A stretch of 64,000 bases of DNA from Candidatus Bathyarchaeota archaeon (GCA_963770935.1 CAVYRJ010000007.1:69105-133104); one strand, 5' to 3'. Shown: positions 29,117-39,413, counted from the stretch's first letter. Notes: a model not told the origin generated them from the sequence alone. Made by a program: numbers and translations.

Positions 29117-30224
29117 CCTCACCAAAATTCCGCACAAAATACTCGAAGAAGCCCAAAAAGCAGGTCTAGAAACGCAAGAAAAGAATCGTTCAGCCACTTT
29201 TTTCCATTTAAATCAAGAAACAGTGGCGGCTAAAGTTAACGATCTCTATGAGGGCAAAGTAGAACTCATGGACATTAAAGCTGCTCTAAAGAAGTACACG
29301 TGGCTAGATGACTACCGTTGGAAGCTCGTTAGCAAAGACAAAGATGAGTTCACAAAGAAGGTAGCTGAAAATTACAGTGGCGGCTACTTTATGCGTATCC
29401 TTCCAGGAGCCGAAATATCTTTTCCTCTACAGTCTTGCCTAATGATTACTGAGCGCAATTTAGAGCAAAGAGTACACAACATCATTATCGCGGAGGAAGG
29501 ATCAAAAGCCCATATAATCACCAGTTGTGTTCAACATTCTTCCGTTCCTAAAGCGGCGCATTTGGGGATTTCAGAAATTTATGTTAAGAAGAATGCTATG
29601 TTAAACTTTACAATGATCCATCAATGGAGCGAAGACACATTAGTTCGACCTAGAAGCGCAGCCCAAATTGATGATAAAGCGACTTTTGTCTCAAATTATG
29701 TGTGCATGCGTCCTGTTCGAGATGTTCAGATGTATCCTGTTGCATACTGCAAAGGTGAATCCTCCAGGGTGAGTTTCAACAGCATACTATATGGGCAGAA
29801 AAACAGTCTTCTCGATATCGGATCCAAGGCAGTTTTAAGTGGGAGGGGCAGCAAGGCAGAGATGATCAGTCGCGCAATTTCACGTGAAGGCTCCAAAATG
29901 ATTATTCGTGGAATGATAGAAGGAAACAACTCAGAATGTAAGGGTCACCTAGAATGCCGAGGATTACTCATGGATGATGAATCATTAATGCAATCAATTC
30001 CGGAGCTTGTCGCCAGTAAAAAAGGTGTAGAAATAACTCATGAGGCTGCCGTTGGGAAGATTAGCGAGAAAGAAGTCACTTACTTAATGACACGCAGATT
30101 ATCGCGCGACCAAGCAGTCTCCCTCATAATAAGGGGATTTATGGATGTGAGTATTCTCGGTTTGCCAGAGGCTTTGAACACGGAAATTAAAGGCATCATT
30201 AACGCTTCTGCTAGCGCTGAATAA
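29100..30224 (+). CDS. sufB: Fe-S assembly scaffold, SufB/SmsB-type
   Basis: PLQSCL, HNIIIAEEGS, SEIYV, GHLECRGL, IPEL, ITHEAAVGKI, LIIRGF; start CTG 29100 proposed, track start GTG 29061. Confidence 0.9.
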   Translation: MSNQSDLTKIPHKILEEAQKAGLETQEKNRSATFFHLNQETVAAKVNDLYEGKVELMDIKAALKKYTWLDDYRWKLVSKDKDEFTKKVAENYSGGYFMRILPGAEISFPLQSCLMITERNLEQRVHNIIIAEEGSKAHIITSCVQHSSVPKAAHLGISEIYVKKNAMLNFTMIHQWSEDTLVRPRSAAQIDDKATFVSNYVCMRPVRDVQMYPVAYCKGESSRVSFNSILYGQKNSLLDIGSKAVLSGRGSKAEMISRAISREGSKMIIRGMIEGNNSECKGHLECRGLLMDDESLMQSIPELVASKKGVEITHEAAVGKISEKEVTYLMTRRLSRDQAVSLIIRGFMDVSILGLPEALNTEIKGIINASASAE

Positions 30225-30340
30225 CTTCGACTGAATAATGCTGAAAATCTCTTAGAGACAATGAAAGCGCGCCGTAGTTGTTACCATAGACAATATATGC
30301 AGGCTTTCGCTTAGAAAACAGCATAAACCTTGGAGGTTAT

Positions 30341-31111
30341 TTGTTAATGAAAACTCTTGTTACGGTTGGACGTGGCGGAACAGGAAAATCCAGTTTTACC
30401 GCTTTGATGGCTAAATGTTTTATAGAGGCAGGAACAGCACCGATACTTCTTGTTGATGCTGACCCAGACCAGAACTTAGCCGAAATGCTGGGTGTAGACC
30501 TCAAAGAAGCAGGGAAATCAACAATAGCTGACCTCATAGTTAGCACTTTCATTGAAGGAGGCGGTACTACAGTTGGCATTCCCCCAACTCAGCGTATTGA
30601 AAGCCGAATTTGGGAAAAAGGGCTCTATGAAGGCAATAACTTTGATTTTATGGCTGTTGGCACAAAATGGGTTGAAGGCTGCTATTGTATGCCAAACAGC
30701 GCACTGAAAGGAGCCTTGGAATCTTTAACTAAAAACTACAAGTTTGTTCTTGTGGATTCTCCTGCTGGCTTGGAGAATCTGAATAGGCGCATAACCTCAG
30801 AAGTCAATGACATTTTTGACATCCTTGATCACTCCAAAAAGTCTCAAGATCATGTCAGAAGGGCTTACAAAATTGCCAAGGAAGTTGACATGAAATTCGA
30901 AAACTTTTACATAGTGGGCGGATACCGTTTTCCAGCTGAATTGGGCAAGCAGGCGGAAGCTGACTTAGAATTCAAATACCTTGGAAAAATCCTTGCAGAT
31001 GACCAATTAGACGAGTACGTTCTCAATGGAAAGTCCTTGCTTGACCTGCCAAACGACAACAAAGCATACATTTCAGTGAAGAACATTCTCAAATCCTTGG
31101 GTTATTTATAA
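30341..31111 (+). CDS. cooC: Second CooC/AcsF-type nickel-insertion ATPase
   Basis: GRGGTGKS, VDADPDQNL, GCYC, DSPAGLENLNR; immediately upstream of cdhA. Confidence 0.85.
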   Translation: MLMKTLVTVGRGGTGKSSFTALMAKCFIEAGTAPILLVDADPDQNLAEMLGVDLKEAGKSTIADLIVSTFIEGGGTTVGIPPTQRIESRIWEKGLYEGNNFDFMAVGTKWVEGCYCMPNSALKGALESLTKNYKFVLVDSPAGLENLNRRITSEVNDIFDILDHSKKSQDHVRRAYKIAKEVDMKFENFYIVGGYRFPAELGKQAEADLEFKYLGKILADDQLDEYVLNGKSLLDLPNDNKAYISVKNILKSLGYL

Positions 31112-31247
31112 TCCCCAATTCTTTTACATAATTTTTAGGAAATCTTGCATTTCTATAGCTGTACCGTGACTTTTGCTTAGAAAATCTGGAAAGGTTTAAA
31201 AGGTCTGTAATTCAGCATAGTCATAAACCTTTACAGAGGTTTCAGAT

Positions 31248-33596
31248 TTGACTAGTAAAAACGTCCATGTAAAAATCGACGAAATGAAGACCAATAGTGG
31301 TCTTATTAAGAATCTTGAATTATCCATCGGCAAAGTTATCAACGACAATTATGCTGAGCCCATGGGACCAACCCCAATGCCCTCCATGACTACCCTTCGG
31401 GATTGGGACATGAAGCTTCTCACAAAATACAAGCCCTTCTACATGCCCGATTGCGATCTTTGCTGTCTTTGCACTTTTGGCAAATGCGACTTGACAGCTG
31501 GAAAACGAGGTGCATGCGGTTTAGACATTGCAACACAATCTTCTCGTATTGTGATGTTGGCTTGTGCAATTGGATCCGCATGTCACTCAGCCCACTCACG
31601 TCACCTTCTTCACTCATTAATTGAAAAGTATGGTCGAAGATTCCCCTTAGACATCGGCGGCTTGAACATTAAAGTTGAAGCACCAATCACACGATTGGTT
31701 ACAGGTATAAAGCCTGAAACGCTCGGTGATCTTGAAGATGTTTTATCCTATGTTGAAGAACAAATCACCCAAGTTCTTGCAGTAGGCCACACAGGTCAAG
31801 AAGGTAACAACTTAGACTTCGAATCAAAAGCAATGCACGTCGGCATGGTTGACCATGTAGGCATGGAAGTCGGCGATATCGCACAAATATCCGCTTTAGG
31901 TTACCCGAAAGCTGACCCAGAAGCGCCACTCGTAAAACTTGGCATCTCAAGCGTCGACAGAACCAAACCAGTCATCATGTGCATCGGCCACAACGTTATG
32001 CCGTCAGTCGGAATAATTGATTATGCAAAAGAAAACAAAGCTGACGATAAAATAGAAGTAGTCGGCTTATGCTGCACATCACACGACATGACCCGATACT
32101 ACAACCGCGCAAGAATCGTCGGACCAATTAGCTGGGAGCTGAGATTCATACGCGCAGGATTAGCAGACGTAGTGGTACTCGATGAACAATGTATTCGAAC
32201 AGACATATACGACGAAGCCGGCAAAGTCAACGCTCCAGTTATCGCAGCTTCCGAAAAGAACTGTATGGGCTTTAAGAACCGCACAAACGATCCAGCAGAC
32301 GAAATCGTCACTGACCTCGTTAGCGGCAAAGTCAAAGGAGTACTAATTCTTGACCCAGAAAAAGTCGGCGAAGTCGCAGTCCGCGTAGCACAACAAGTAG
32401 CTCCAATCCGCAAACGAAAGAACGTTCTCCCAAGCATAGAAGAACTTACGCAGATTGCAAAAACCTGCACACAATGCAAGAGTTGCCAACGCAACTGTCC
32501 ACAAGACTACGCAATTCCAGCAGCCATCAAAGCAGCAGCACAAGGAGACATAACTCTGCTAACCGATCTCTACGAGACATGCATTGGCTGCGGAAGATGC
32601 GAAGAAGCATGTCCGCAAAACATAATGATCCACAGCCTTATCGTTAAAGCAGGCGAAAAAGCAATGCTCTGCGAAGATAACCTATGCCGCGTCGGCAGAG
32701 GTGCTGTCTCAGACGTCGAAATCCGCAACGTCGGCAGCCCAATCGTCCTCGGAGAAATCCCTGGCATTGTCGCAGTCGTCGGTTGCAGCAACTATCCAAA
32801 AGGTGGCAAAGACGTCTACGACATTTGCAGAGAATTCGCAAGCAGACGATACATCGTCGTATTGTCAGGATGCTCAGCCATGTCCGCAGGCAGCTATCGC
32901 AACAGCGAAGGTAAAACCCTCTACGAAGAATTCCCCGGCGGATTCGAAGCAGGAGGAGTCATGAACGTCGGCTCATGCGTCGCAAACAGCCACATCGCGG
33001 GTGCAGCAATCAAAGTAGCAAACATCTTCGCCAAACGTTCACTAAGAGGCAACTACGAAGAAATTGCAGATTATATCCACAACCGCCTTGGTGCAGTCGG
33101 CTTAGCTTGGGGTGCATACTCACAGAAAGCAGCCGCAATCGGCGCAGGATTCTGGCGCTTAGGTGTACCAGTCCTCGTCGGTCCACACGGCGTCAAATAC
33201 AGACGTATGCTTCTTGGTAGAAAAGAAGATCCCAAGAACTGGGAAGTTCTTGATGCACGCACAGGCAACACAGTTAACGTTGGACCAGCACCAGAACACC
33301 TCTTCAACATGGCAGAAACCAAAGAAGAATGTATGGTTGCAATAGCAAAACTCTGCATTAGACCAAACGATACTTGGAAAGGACGCAGCATAAAATTAAG
33401 CCACTACGTCGACTTAAGCAAACGTTACCTCGGAGTCATGCCAAATGACCTACACCTGTTCGTGAGAACAATGGCTGATGTCCCATCAACGATGAAAGAC
33501 GAGTTTGTCAAGATACTTGAAGCAAATAACTGGCAAGAAACAGTAATTCCGGATCCAACCTTGCTTCCAAGAATGGTCCGAAAGATGAAGGAGTAA
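31248..33596 (+). CDS. cdhA: CO dehydrogenase/acetyl-CoA synthase alpha subunit
   Basis: CDLCCLCTFGKC, GHN, GLCCT, DEQC, two extra 4Fe-4S motifs, GCSNY, VGSCVANSH, YSQKA. Confidence 0.97.
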   Translation: MTSKNVHVKIDEMKTNSGLIKNLELSIGKVINDNYAEPMGPTPMPSMTTLRDWDMKLLTKYKPFYMPDCDLCCLCTFGKCDLTAGKRGACGLDIATQSSRIVMLACAIGSACHSAHSRHLLHSLIEKYGRRFPLDIGGLNIKVEAPITRLVTGIKPETLGDLEDVLSYVEEQITQVLAVGHTGQEGNNLDFESKAMHVGMVDHVGMEVGDIAQISALGYPKADPEAPLVKLGISSVDRTKPVIMCIGHNVMPSVGIIDYAKENKADDKIEVVGLCCTSHDMTRYYNRARIVGPISWELRFIRAGLADVVVLDEQCIRTDIYDEAGKVNAPVIAASEKNCMGFKNRTNDPADEIVTDLVSGKVKGVLILDPEKVGEVAVRVAQQVAPIRKRKNVLPSIEELTQIAKTCTQCKSCQRNCPQDYAIPAAIKAAAQGDITLLTDLYETCIGCGRCEEACPQNIMIHSLIVKAGEKAMLCEDNLCRVGRGAVSDVEIRNVGSPIVLGEIPGIVAVVGCSNYPKGGKDVYDICREFASRRYIVVLSGCSAMSAGSYRNSEGKTLYEEFPGGFEAGGVMNVGSCVANSHIAGAAIKVANIFAKRSLRGNYEEIADYIHNRLGAVGLAWGAYSQKAAAIGAGFWRLGVPVLVGPHGVKYRRMLLGRKEDPKNWEVLDARTGNTVNVGPAPEHLFNMAETKEECMVAIAKLCIRPNDTWKGRSIKLSHYVDLSKRYLGVMPNDLHLFVRTMADVPSTMKDEFVKILEANNWQETVIPDPTLLPRMVRKMKE

Positions 33597-33611
33597 ACGG
33601 AGGAAAATATT

Positions 33612-34154
33612 ATGTCCTGTGAACCATGGCAATGTGCAGAAATCGCCTCAACTAAAAAAGCAAATCCAATACAAAAACCCGAGATAGCAGTAGCAATGAT
33701 AAAACGCGCCCAACGTCCCCTTCTTATTGTGGGAAGCAACGCCACTGAAAGGTATATGGAAGGCAAACAACTAATCGAGTACCTAATTGACTTCGCTAAC
33801 GCCTCTAAAGTTCCAGTAGTTGCAACAGCCCATATGGTTGGCGAATTCATAAAGCGCGGATACCAGCCAGCAGCATTCATGAATGCAATGGAAATTGGCC
33901 AAAGAGTGGTCGACCCAGAATGGATGGGACTCGACGGCAAAGGACACCCAGACCTAGTTATTCTAGTCGGGTTACCCTACTATGTTGAATCATTGATGCT
34001 TTCAGGCATGAAACATTTTGCACCAGACCAAAAAACAATGACCATCGACAACCTTTTCCACGTCCATGCAAGCTGGTCTTTCCCAAACGCAACCCTTGAA
34101 GAGTGGGCTGCAAATCTCAAAGTAATGACCTCAAAATTTAATGGAGGAAATTAA
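33612..34154 (+). CDS. cdhB: CODH/ACS epsilon subunit
   Basis: AKRPLL-like KRAQRPLLIVG, GLDGKG.PDLVI.VG..YY, HASWSFPN; position in the operon. Confidence 0.93.
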   Translation: MSCEPWQCAEIASTKKANPIQKPEIAVAMIKRAQRPLLIVGSNATERYMEGKQLIEYLIDFANASKVPVVATAHMVGEFIKRGYQPAAFMNAMEIGQRVVDPEWMGLDGKGHPDLVILVGLPYYVESLMLSGMKHFAPDQKTMTIDNLFHVHASWSFPNATLEEWAANLKVMTSKFNGGN

Positions 34155-34159
34155 AAAAA

Positions 34160-35581
34160 ATGTCAATGTTTAAAGATATACCTGTTGAAGTTGGCGTAAT
34201 CTACGAAGGAGAACGAATTCGAAGAAATGACATGCAAGTAGAACTCGGCGGACCCACAGTTAAACAAAAGTTTGAACTCGCAAAAGTAAAACCCATGAAT
34301 GAAATCGAAGATGGAAAAGTCACCATCATCGGTCCAGATTTAAAAGACATGAAAGAAGGCGGCGCATTCCCGTTCGGCATCCTCGTTGAAGCAGCAGGCG
34401 CAAAACTCGACCAAGGCCTTGAAGGTGTCATTGAAAGACGCATCCACGGCTACCTAAACTACATCGAAGGCTTCATGCACCTAAACCAGCGTTATGACAT
34501 CTGGATACGCATTGGCAAGAAATCCTTCCAAAAGGGCTTAACCAGCTTTGACGCAATCGGCAAAGTTCTCTACAGACTCTTCAAGAGCGAGTTGCCAATT
34601 ATCGAGAAAGTTCAAATTACCTTTGTAACCGATCCAGCAAAACTAGAGGAAATGACCCCTGATGCGATGCAAGCCTACGAATCACGCGACGCAAAAGCCA
34701 GAGGCCTAAAAGACTCAGAAGTCGACACATTCTATGGATGTGCACTCTGCCAATCATTCGCACCAAGCCACGTCTGTGTCATCACACCACAAAGATACAG
34801 CAACTGCGGTGCAATCAGCTGGTTTGACGGCAAAGCCTCTGCAAGCATCGATCCGAAAGGTCCAGTCTTCGCAATTCCAAGAGGCGAAATTATCAACGAA
34901 GAGAAAGGTGAATTCGCAGGCGTCAACGAAGCCGCCAAGAAACGCACAATGGGCGAAGTTAACCAAGTCTGGCTCTACACAGCGTTTGATCACCCACACA
35001 CTTCATGCGGATGCTTCGAAGCAGTAACCTTCTACATCCCAGAAGTCGACGGATTCGGCGTAGTTAACAGAAACTTCAAAGGCGCAACAGTAAACGGCTT
35101 ACCCTTCAGCACAATAGCTGACTCCGCAGCAGGCGGAAGACAAATCGACGGATTCCACGGAATGTCCATCGAATATATGCGAAGCAAGAAATTCTTCGCA
35201 GCAGACGGCGGATGGAACCGAGTTGTTTGGGTACCGAAAGAAGTCAAAGAAAAAATAAAAGAATTCATCCCATCAGACATCGTTGACAAGGTCGCAACTG
35301 AAGAAAACGCAAAGAACATAGACGAACTCAAAGCGTTCCTAAAGGAAAAGAACCACCCAGTTGTCGCTAAATGGGAAGCAGAAGCAGCACCAGCAGCAGA
35401 AGCACAAGCCATTACAATTAACGAAGAAGCAGCAGGCACCATGATGCCAGTTGCAACAGCAGGGTCACTTCCAATAATGGCCGGCGGATTCAAAATCATA
35501 CTCAAAGACGCGAAAATCTACGCTAACAAAGTAATCATTACAACCGTTAAAGACAGCAAAGACAACAAAGACAAACGGTGA
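34160..35581 (+). CDS. cdhC: CODH/ACS beta subunit (acetyl-CoA synthase)
   Basis: YEGERIR, CALCQSFAPSHVC, CGAISW, HTSCGCFE, GGRQIDGF. Confidence 0.97.
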   Translation: MSMFKDIPVEVGVIYEGERIRRNDMQVELGGPTVKQKFELAKVKPMNEIEDGKVTIIGPDLKDMKEGGAFPFGILVEAAGAKLDQGLEGVIERRIHGYLNYIEGFMHLNQRYDIWIRIGKKSFQKGLTSFDAIGKVLYRLFKSELPIIEKVQITFVTDPAKLEEMTPDAMQAYESRDAKARGLKDSEVDTFYGCALCQSFAPSHVCVITPQRYSNCGAISWFDGKASASIDPKGPVFAIPRGEIINEEKGEFAGVNEAAKKRTMGEVNQVWLYTAFDHPHTSCGCFEAVTFYIPEVDGFGVVNRNFKGATVNGLPFSTIADSAAGGRQIDGFHGMSIEYMRSKKFFAADGGWNRVVWVPKEVKEKIKEFIPSDIVDKVATEENAKNIDELKAFLKEKNHPVVAKWEAEAAPAAEAQAITINEEAAGTMMPVATAGSLPIMAGGFKIILKDAKIYANKVIITTVKDSKDNKDKR

Positions 35582-36816
35582 TCTTCACGCCCCACCACGA
35601 CACAGACAAAAAGAAAGACGCTGAAGGACTACAGCTAAGCGACGACTTACTAGCAGCACTCGCAAAATTCCAAACAATCGAGATAGAAGACTTCCAAATG
35701 GACGCCAAAGAACTCGAAATCATCTTCGAAGCAGGCGCAGCAGGCCAAATAATGCCCAAACTAAAGCTCCCCCCAGCAGCCACAGCAGGCGGCAAACCAC
35801 TCAACATGCTACAAGTTCCATTCCTACCACCTATCGAAACCTACCCAAACAAAATCACTGAAGTAAAACTTGGCGGAACAAGAAGCGAAGGCGGCACACG
35901 CGGTCGATCGCTCACTATTGGCGGAGAAGTTTCTCCCGCTTTCTACACTTTTGAACGACCAATGCCACACAAACCAGTAATCACATTAGACGTTTTCGAC
36001 ATGGAAGTCCCCCTAAGCAAAGCAGTCAAGATGCACGTCAAAGACGTCGTCGGCGACCCAGCAGCATGGGCAAAACTTGCAGTTGAAAAATTCGGTGCAG
36101 ACATGGTTACTATGCACTTAATCAGTGTTGACCCACTACTCAAAGACGCATCACCTAAAGACGCATGTAGAACCATTGAAAAAGTCCTGCAAGCCGTGGA
36201 TGTACCACTAGTCATCGGCGGATGTGGAGACCCAGTTAAAGACACAGCCGTTTTCGAAGAAGTATGTGCACAATTTCCAGGCGAACGCTTCCTAATCAGC
36301 TCCGTCACACGCGACATGGACGTGGAGAAATGTGCCAAATTCATCAAAAAAGCAGGTCACGCAATTCTCTCATTCACACCAATGGACCTCAACTTGGCAC
36401 GTGAGCTCAACAGACGCCTCTACGACCATGTAAGCAGAGAAGACATAATCATGGACTTAACCACCGCAGCGCTCGGCTACGGTTTAGACTATGCATTCAC
36501 AAACATGGAACGCGCACGCATGGGCGGCTTAATGGGCGACGTCGAACTGGCACACCCAATGTCCTCAGGTACAACTAACGCTTGGGCAGCAAGAGAAGCA
36601 TGGCTAAAAATGTCAGCTGAATGGGAACCACGCGAACTCAGAGGTCCACTCTGGGAAGTAACAACAGCCATAACCCTGTTGCTCGCAGGCGTAGACCTAT
36701 TCATGATGATGCACCCTGCAGCTGTAAAAACACTCAAAGATGTCACAAATTACTTAACAAGCGCTAAAAAAGCAGACCCAGCCAAATACGCAAACTGGGT
36801 TAACCTAAAAGCTTAG
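35578..36816 (+). CDS. cdhD: Corrinoid Fe-S protein small (delta) subunit
   Basis: GGTR...TIGGE, PLVIGGCG, LGYGLDY, NAWAAREAW, MMHP. Confidence 0.95.
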   Translation: MIFTPHHDTDKKKDAEGLQLSDDLLAALAKFQTIEIEDFQMDAKELEIIFEAGAAGQIMPKLKLPPAATAGGKPLNMLQVPFLPPIETYPNKITEVKLGGTRSEGGTRGRSLTIGGEVSPAFYTFERPMPHKPVITLDVFDMEVPLSKAVKMHVKDVVGDPAAWAKLAVEKFGADMVTMHLISVDPLLKDASPKDACRTIEKVLQAVDVPLVIGGCGDPVKDTAVFEEVCAQFPGERFLISSVTRDMDVEKCAKFIKKAGHAILSFTPMDLNLARELNRRLYDHVSREDIIMDLTTAALGYGLDYAFTNMERARMGGLMGDVELAHPMSSGTTNAWAAREAWLKMSAEWEPRELRGPLWEVTTAITLLLAGVDLFMMMHPAAVKTLKDVTNYLTSAKKADPAKYANWVNLKA

Positions 36817-36821
36817 GAGAC

Positions 36822-38255
36822 ATGACACAAATGGCAGAAAAGAAAAAAGGCGGATTAAAAGAACTAAGCCCCATACTTATTTACAAGTCCTTGCCAAAAA
36901 CTAACTGCAAAGAATGCGGCGTCGACAATTGCATGGCATTCGCCACAAAGATTGTCAACCGCGAAGTAGAACTTGACAGCTGCAAACCACTCCTCAAACC
37001 AGAAAACGCGAAATCCTACGCTATACTAAAAGATCTCCTAAAACCAGCAGTTAAAGAAATCACTGTCGGCGTCGGCGATAAAGCCAAGAAAATCGGCGGC
37101 AAACTCGTCATGTACCGCCACGAATTCACATACAAGAACCCAACAGCCATCGCAATCGACGTAACCGACGAAATGTCTGATGCTGAAATCGTCTCACGCG
37201 TACAGAAAACAGATAACTTTAATTTCGAATACATTGGCAACCAACTAAAGCTTGACATGATCGCGGTCAGATGCACTTCTGAAGATGCCGACAAATTCAA
37301 GGCAACAGTTAAGAAAGTTTCAGAAACTACCAAATTACCAATGATTTTGTGCACCCTTAACCCAGCAATCGCTGAAGCAGGCCTAATGGCAGCACCAAAA
37401 GCGCGCCCACTTCTTTACGCGGCAACCGCAAGCAACTGGAAAGACATGGCAGAACTCGCACTAATGTACAACTGCCCTATAGTCGCGTCCGCACCAAACG
37501 ACCTGAATACTCTGGTTTCACTCGCAAAAACCCTGATGGCTTACGGCGTAACCGACATAGTCTTAGACCCAGGCACATTCCCAGCTGACGGATTACCTGA
37601 CACAATAAACAACTTTACGATGCTGCGCAGAGCAGCAACCAAAGGCGGCGAAGAACTCGCAGGTTTACCCTTACTCGGTGTACCAATGGTCGCTTGGGTA
37701 GACAAAGGTGACACCGCAGATGACCTGATCAAATGGCGAGAAGCATACATCGCCTCAATGCTGGTTGTCCGCTACGCAGACGTACTCATAATCCACGGCA
37801 ACGACGGATGGTCACTACTACCAACCGCAGTGCTACGTCAAAACATCTACACTGACCCACGCAAACCAGTCGCAGTCGCAGCAGGCCTGAAAGTCTACGG
37901 CACACCCGACGAGAACTCACCAGTACTCTTTACCTCAAACTTTGCATTAACTTTCTACACCGTCGCCTCAGACATCGAAAGCAACAAACTCAACGCTTAC
38001 CTAATCGTGGTTGACACAGAAGGCTCAGCAATCGACAGCGGAGTCGCAGGACGCAAACTCACAGCCGAGCGAGTTGCCGACGCAATCAAAGCATCAGGAA
38101 TAGAGAGCAAAGTCAAGCACAGAAAAATTATCAGCCCAGGCAAAGCCTCACGCATCAGCGGCGAAATCGAAGAACTCAGTGGCTGGAAAGTCCAAGTTGG
38201 ACCAAGAGATAGCAGTGAGATACCTAAGTATCTTATTGAGAAATGGCAACCATAA
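36822..38255 (+). CDS. cdhE: Corrinoid Fe-S protein large (gamma) subunit
   Basis: LPKTNCKECG..NCMAFA...C, IYTDPRKP, TSNFALTFYTV, VGPRDS. Confidence 0.96.
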   Translation: MTQMAEKKKGGLKELSPILIYKSLPKTNCKECGVDNCMAFATKIVNREVELDSCKPLLKPENAKSYAILKDLLKPAVKEITVGVGDKAKKIGGKLVMYRHEFTYKNPTAIAIDVTDEMSDAEIVSRVQKTDNFNFEYIGNQLKLDMIAVRCTSEDADKFKATVKKVSETTKLPMILCTLNPAIAEAGLMAAPKARPLLYAATASNWKDMAELALMYNCPIVASAPNDLNTLVSLAKTLMAYGVTDIVLDPGTFPADGLPDTINNFTMLRRAATKGGEELAGLPLLGVPMVAWVDKGDTADDLIKWREAYIASMLVVRYADVLIIHGNDGWSLLPTAVLRQNIYTDPRKPVAVAAGLKVYGTPDENSPVLFTSNFALTFYTVASDIESNKLNAYLIVVDTEGSAIDSGVAGRKLTAERVADAIKASGIESKVKHRKIISPGKASRISGEIEELSGWKVQVGPRDSSEIPKYLIEKWQP

Positions 38256-38259
38256 GCCA
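38160..38259 (+). repeat. Direct repeat copy 1 (3' end of cdhE)
   Basis: Colinear with 39002-39101; 84 of 100 positions identical by hand count. Confidence 0.9.
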
Positions 38260-38371
38260 TTTTTTCCTTTTTGTTTTTAGCTCCATTATTTTATTAGCTT
38301 CTTTAGAATTCAAGATACCGCCTTCATAAGAGATTTAAGTGCAGAATGAGTCTTAATAGCAATGCTATCTG

Positions 38372-38608
38372 GTGGTTTACATGGAAGAGTTACTTGATAG
38401 GATAACAGTTGATCCTGATGTTCTTGTCGGAAAACCTGTTATTAGAGGAACCCGTGTCCCAGTCTACCTCATCGTTGAGCTTGTAGCTAACGGAATGACA
38501 TCTGAAGAAATACTAAAAGAATACCCGCGGCTAAAAGAGGAAGACATCAAAGCAGCACTAATTTACGCTTCTAAACTCGTAGAAAGCGAAGTTACAGTTG
38601 TACTCTGA
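38372..38608 (+). CDS. DUF433 antitoxin-like protein
   Basis: ITVDPDVLVGKPVIRGTRVPV...YP.L..EDIKAAL.YA. Confidence 0.92.
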   Translation: MVYMEELLDRITVDPDVLVGKPVIRGTRVPVYLIVELVANGMTSEEILKEYPRLKEEDIKAALIYASKLVESEVTVVL

Positions 38609-38625
38609 GAAGAGACAAATGTAAA

Positions 38626-38985
38626 TTGACGCAAACAATAATAGTCGATGAAAATATTCCTGGTAGTGTAACTAAATATCTGAATGCGAGGGGTTTTAAG
38701 ACTCTCAGTATTTGTGATGATTTTCTGAAAAGCGCTAAAGACACAATCATAGCAAATTATGCGGCTGAAAAAGGAATGCAAGTGTTAACTTTAGATTCTG
38801 ACTTTTCCCAGCTATATCATAACCTCTTCAGAGGCAGAATCACCGTTTTATTGGTAAAAGCAAACCCTGCGACCGCCGAAAACATAATCAGAATTCTGGA
38901 TGTAGCCTTAGAGAAAATAAGAAAGACTGAAACTCAAAATAAGCTTCTAATAATCACAAAAAAGAGGATCAGAATAATCTCTTAA
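38626..38985 (+). CDS. DUF5615 PIN-like toxin
   Basis: IVDENI, AKD..I...A, LTLDSDF; usual partner of DUF433. Confidence 0.88.
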   Translation: MTQTIIVDENIPGSVTKYLNARGFKTLSICDDFLKSAKDTIIANYAAEKGMQVLTLDSDFSQLYHNLFRGRITVLLVKANPATAENIIRILDVALEKIRKTETQNKLLIITKKRIRIIS

Positions 38986-39001
38986 TTCAATTTATTACTG
39001 G

Positions 39002-39101
39002 GGAGAAATTGAAGAACTCGGTGGCTGGAAAGTTTAAGTTGAACAATGCGACAGCAGCGAGATACCTAAATATCTCATAGAGAAAAGGCAACCATTAGCC
39101 A
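39002..39101 (+). repeat. Direct repeat copy 2 (degenerate cdhE 3' end)
   Basis: Translates GEIEELGGWKV*VEQCDSSEIPKYLIEKRQP versus cdhE GEIEELSGWKVQVGPRDSSEIPKYLIEKWQP. Confidence 0.9.
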
Positions 39102-39173
39102 CCCCCTCTTCTTATTTTGCTTTTTTAATTTTATTTTTGCAAACCATTTTTTGATCAAGATATCAAAATAAGG

Positions 39174-39413
39174 TCAATATTTTCCCATGACTTTTCTAAC
39201 AGCGATTTCAATGTCTTCAGTTTTAATTGTTTTTCTTCCTGCATATGTAGCATAGTCCAATGCTTCTTTTGCAATCTTTAAGCCAATTTTCCCAAGAACT
39301 CTTCCAAGCTCGTGCGCTGCTGCTTCACTTACCCTGTCTGCTCCAGCTTTCTCACATAATCTATGCATTGGAGCTAAGGCTATTTCTAATTCGTTCATTT
39401 GAGCTTTCTTCAC
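39174..39413 (-). CDS. Archaeal histone (HMf-like fold)
   Basis: LAPMHRL..KAGADRVSE.A, A.YAGRKTIKTEDIEIA. Confidence 0.92.
   Translation of the reverse strand: MKKAQMNELEIALAPMHRLCEKAGADRVSEAAAHELGRVLGKIGLKIAKEALDYATYAGRKTIKTEDIEIAVRKVMGKY

Noticed and set aside
32644-32964. Arg/Gln-rich ORFs (32644-32841 minus, 32684-32914 and 32701-32964 plus) that look like basic peptides
   Set aside because: They lie wholly inside cdhA in other frames and reflect its GCA/GTC/GGC codon bias; they have no independent expression signals.
35380-35470. GAAGCAGCA repeats in the cdhC tail
   Set aside because: They encode an ordinary Ala/Glu-rich linker rather than a DNA repeat element.
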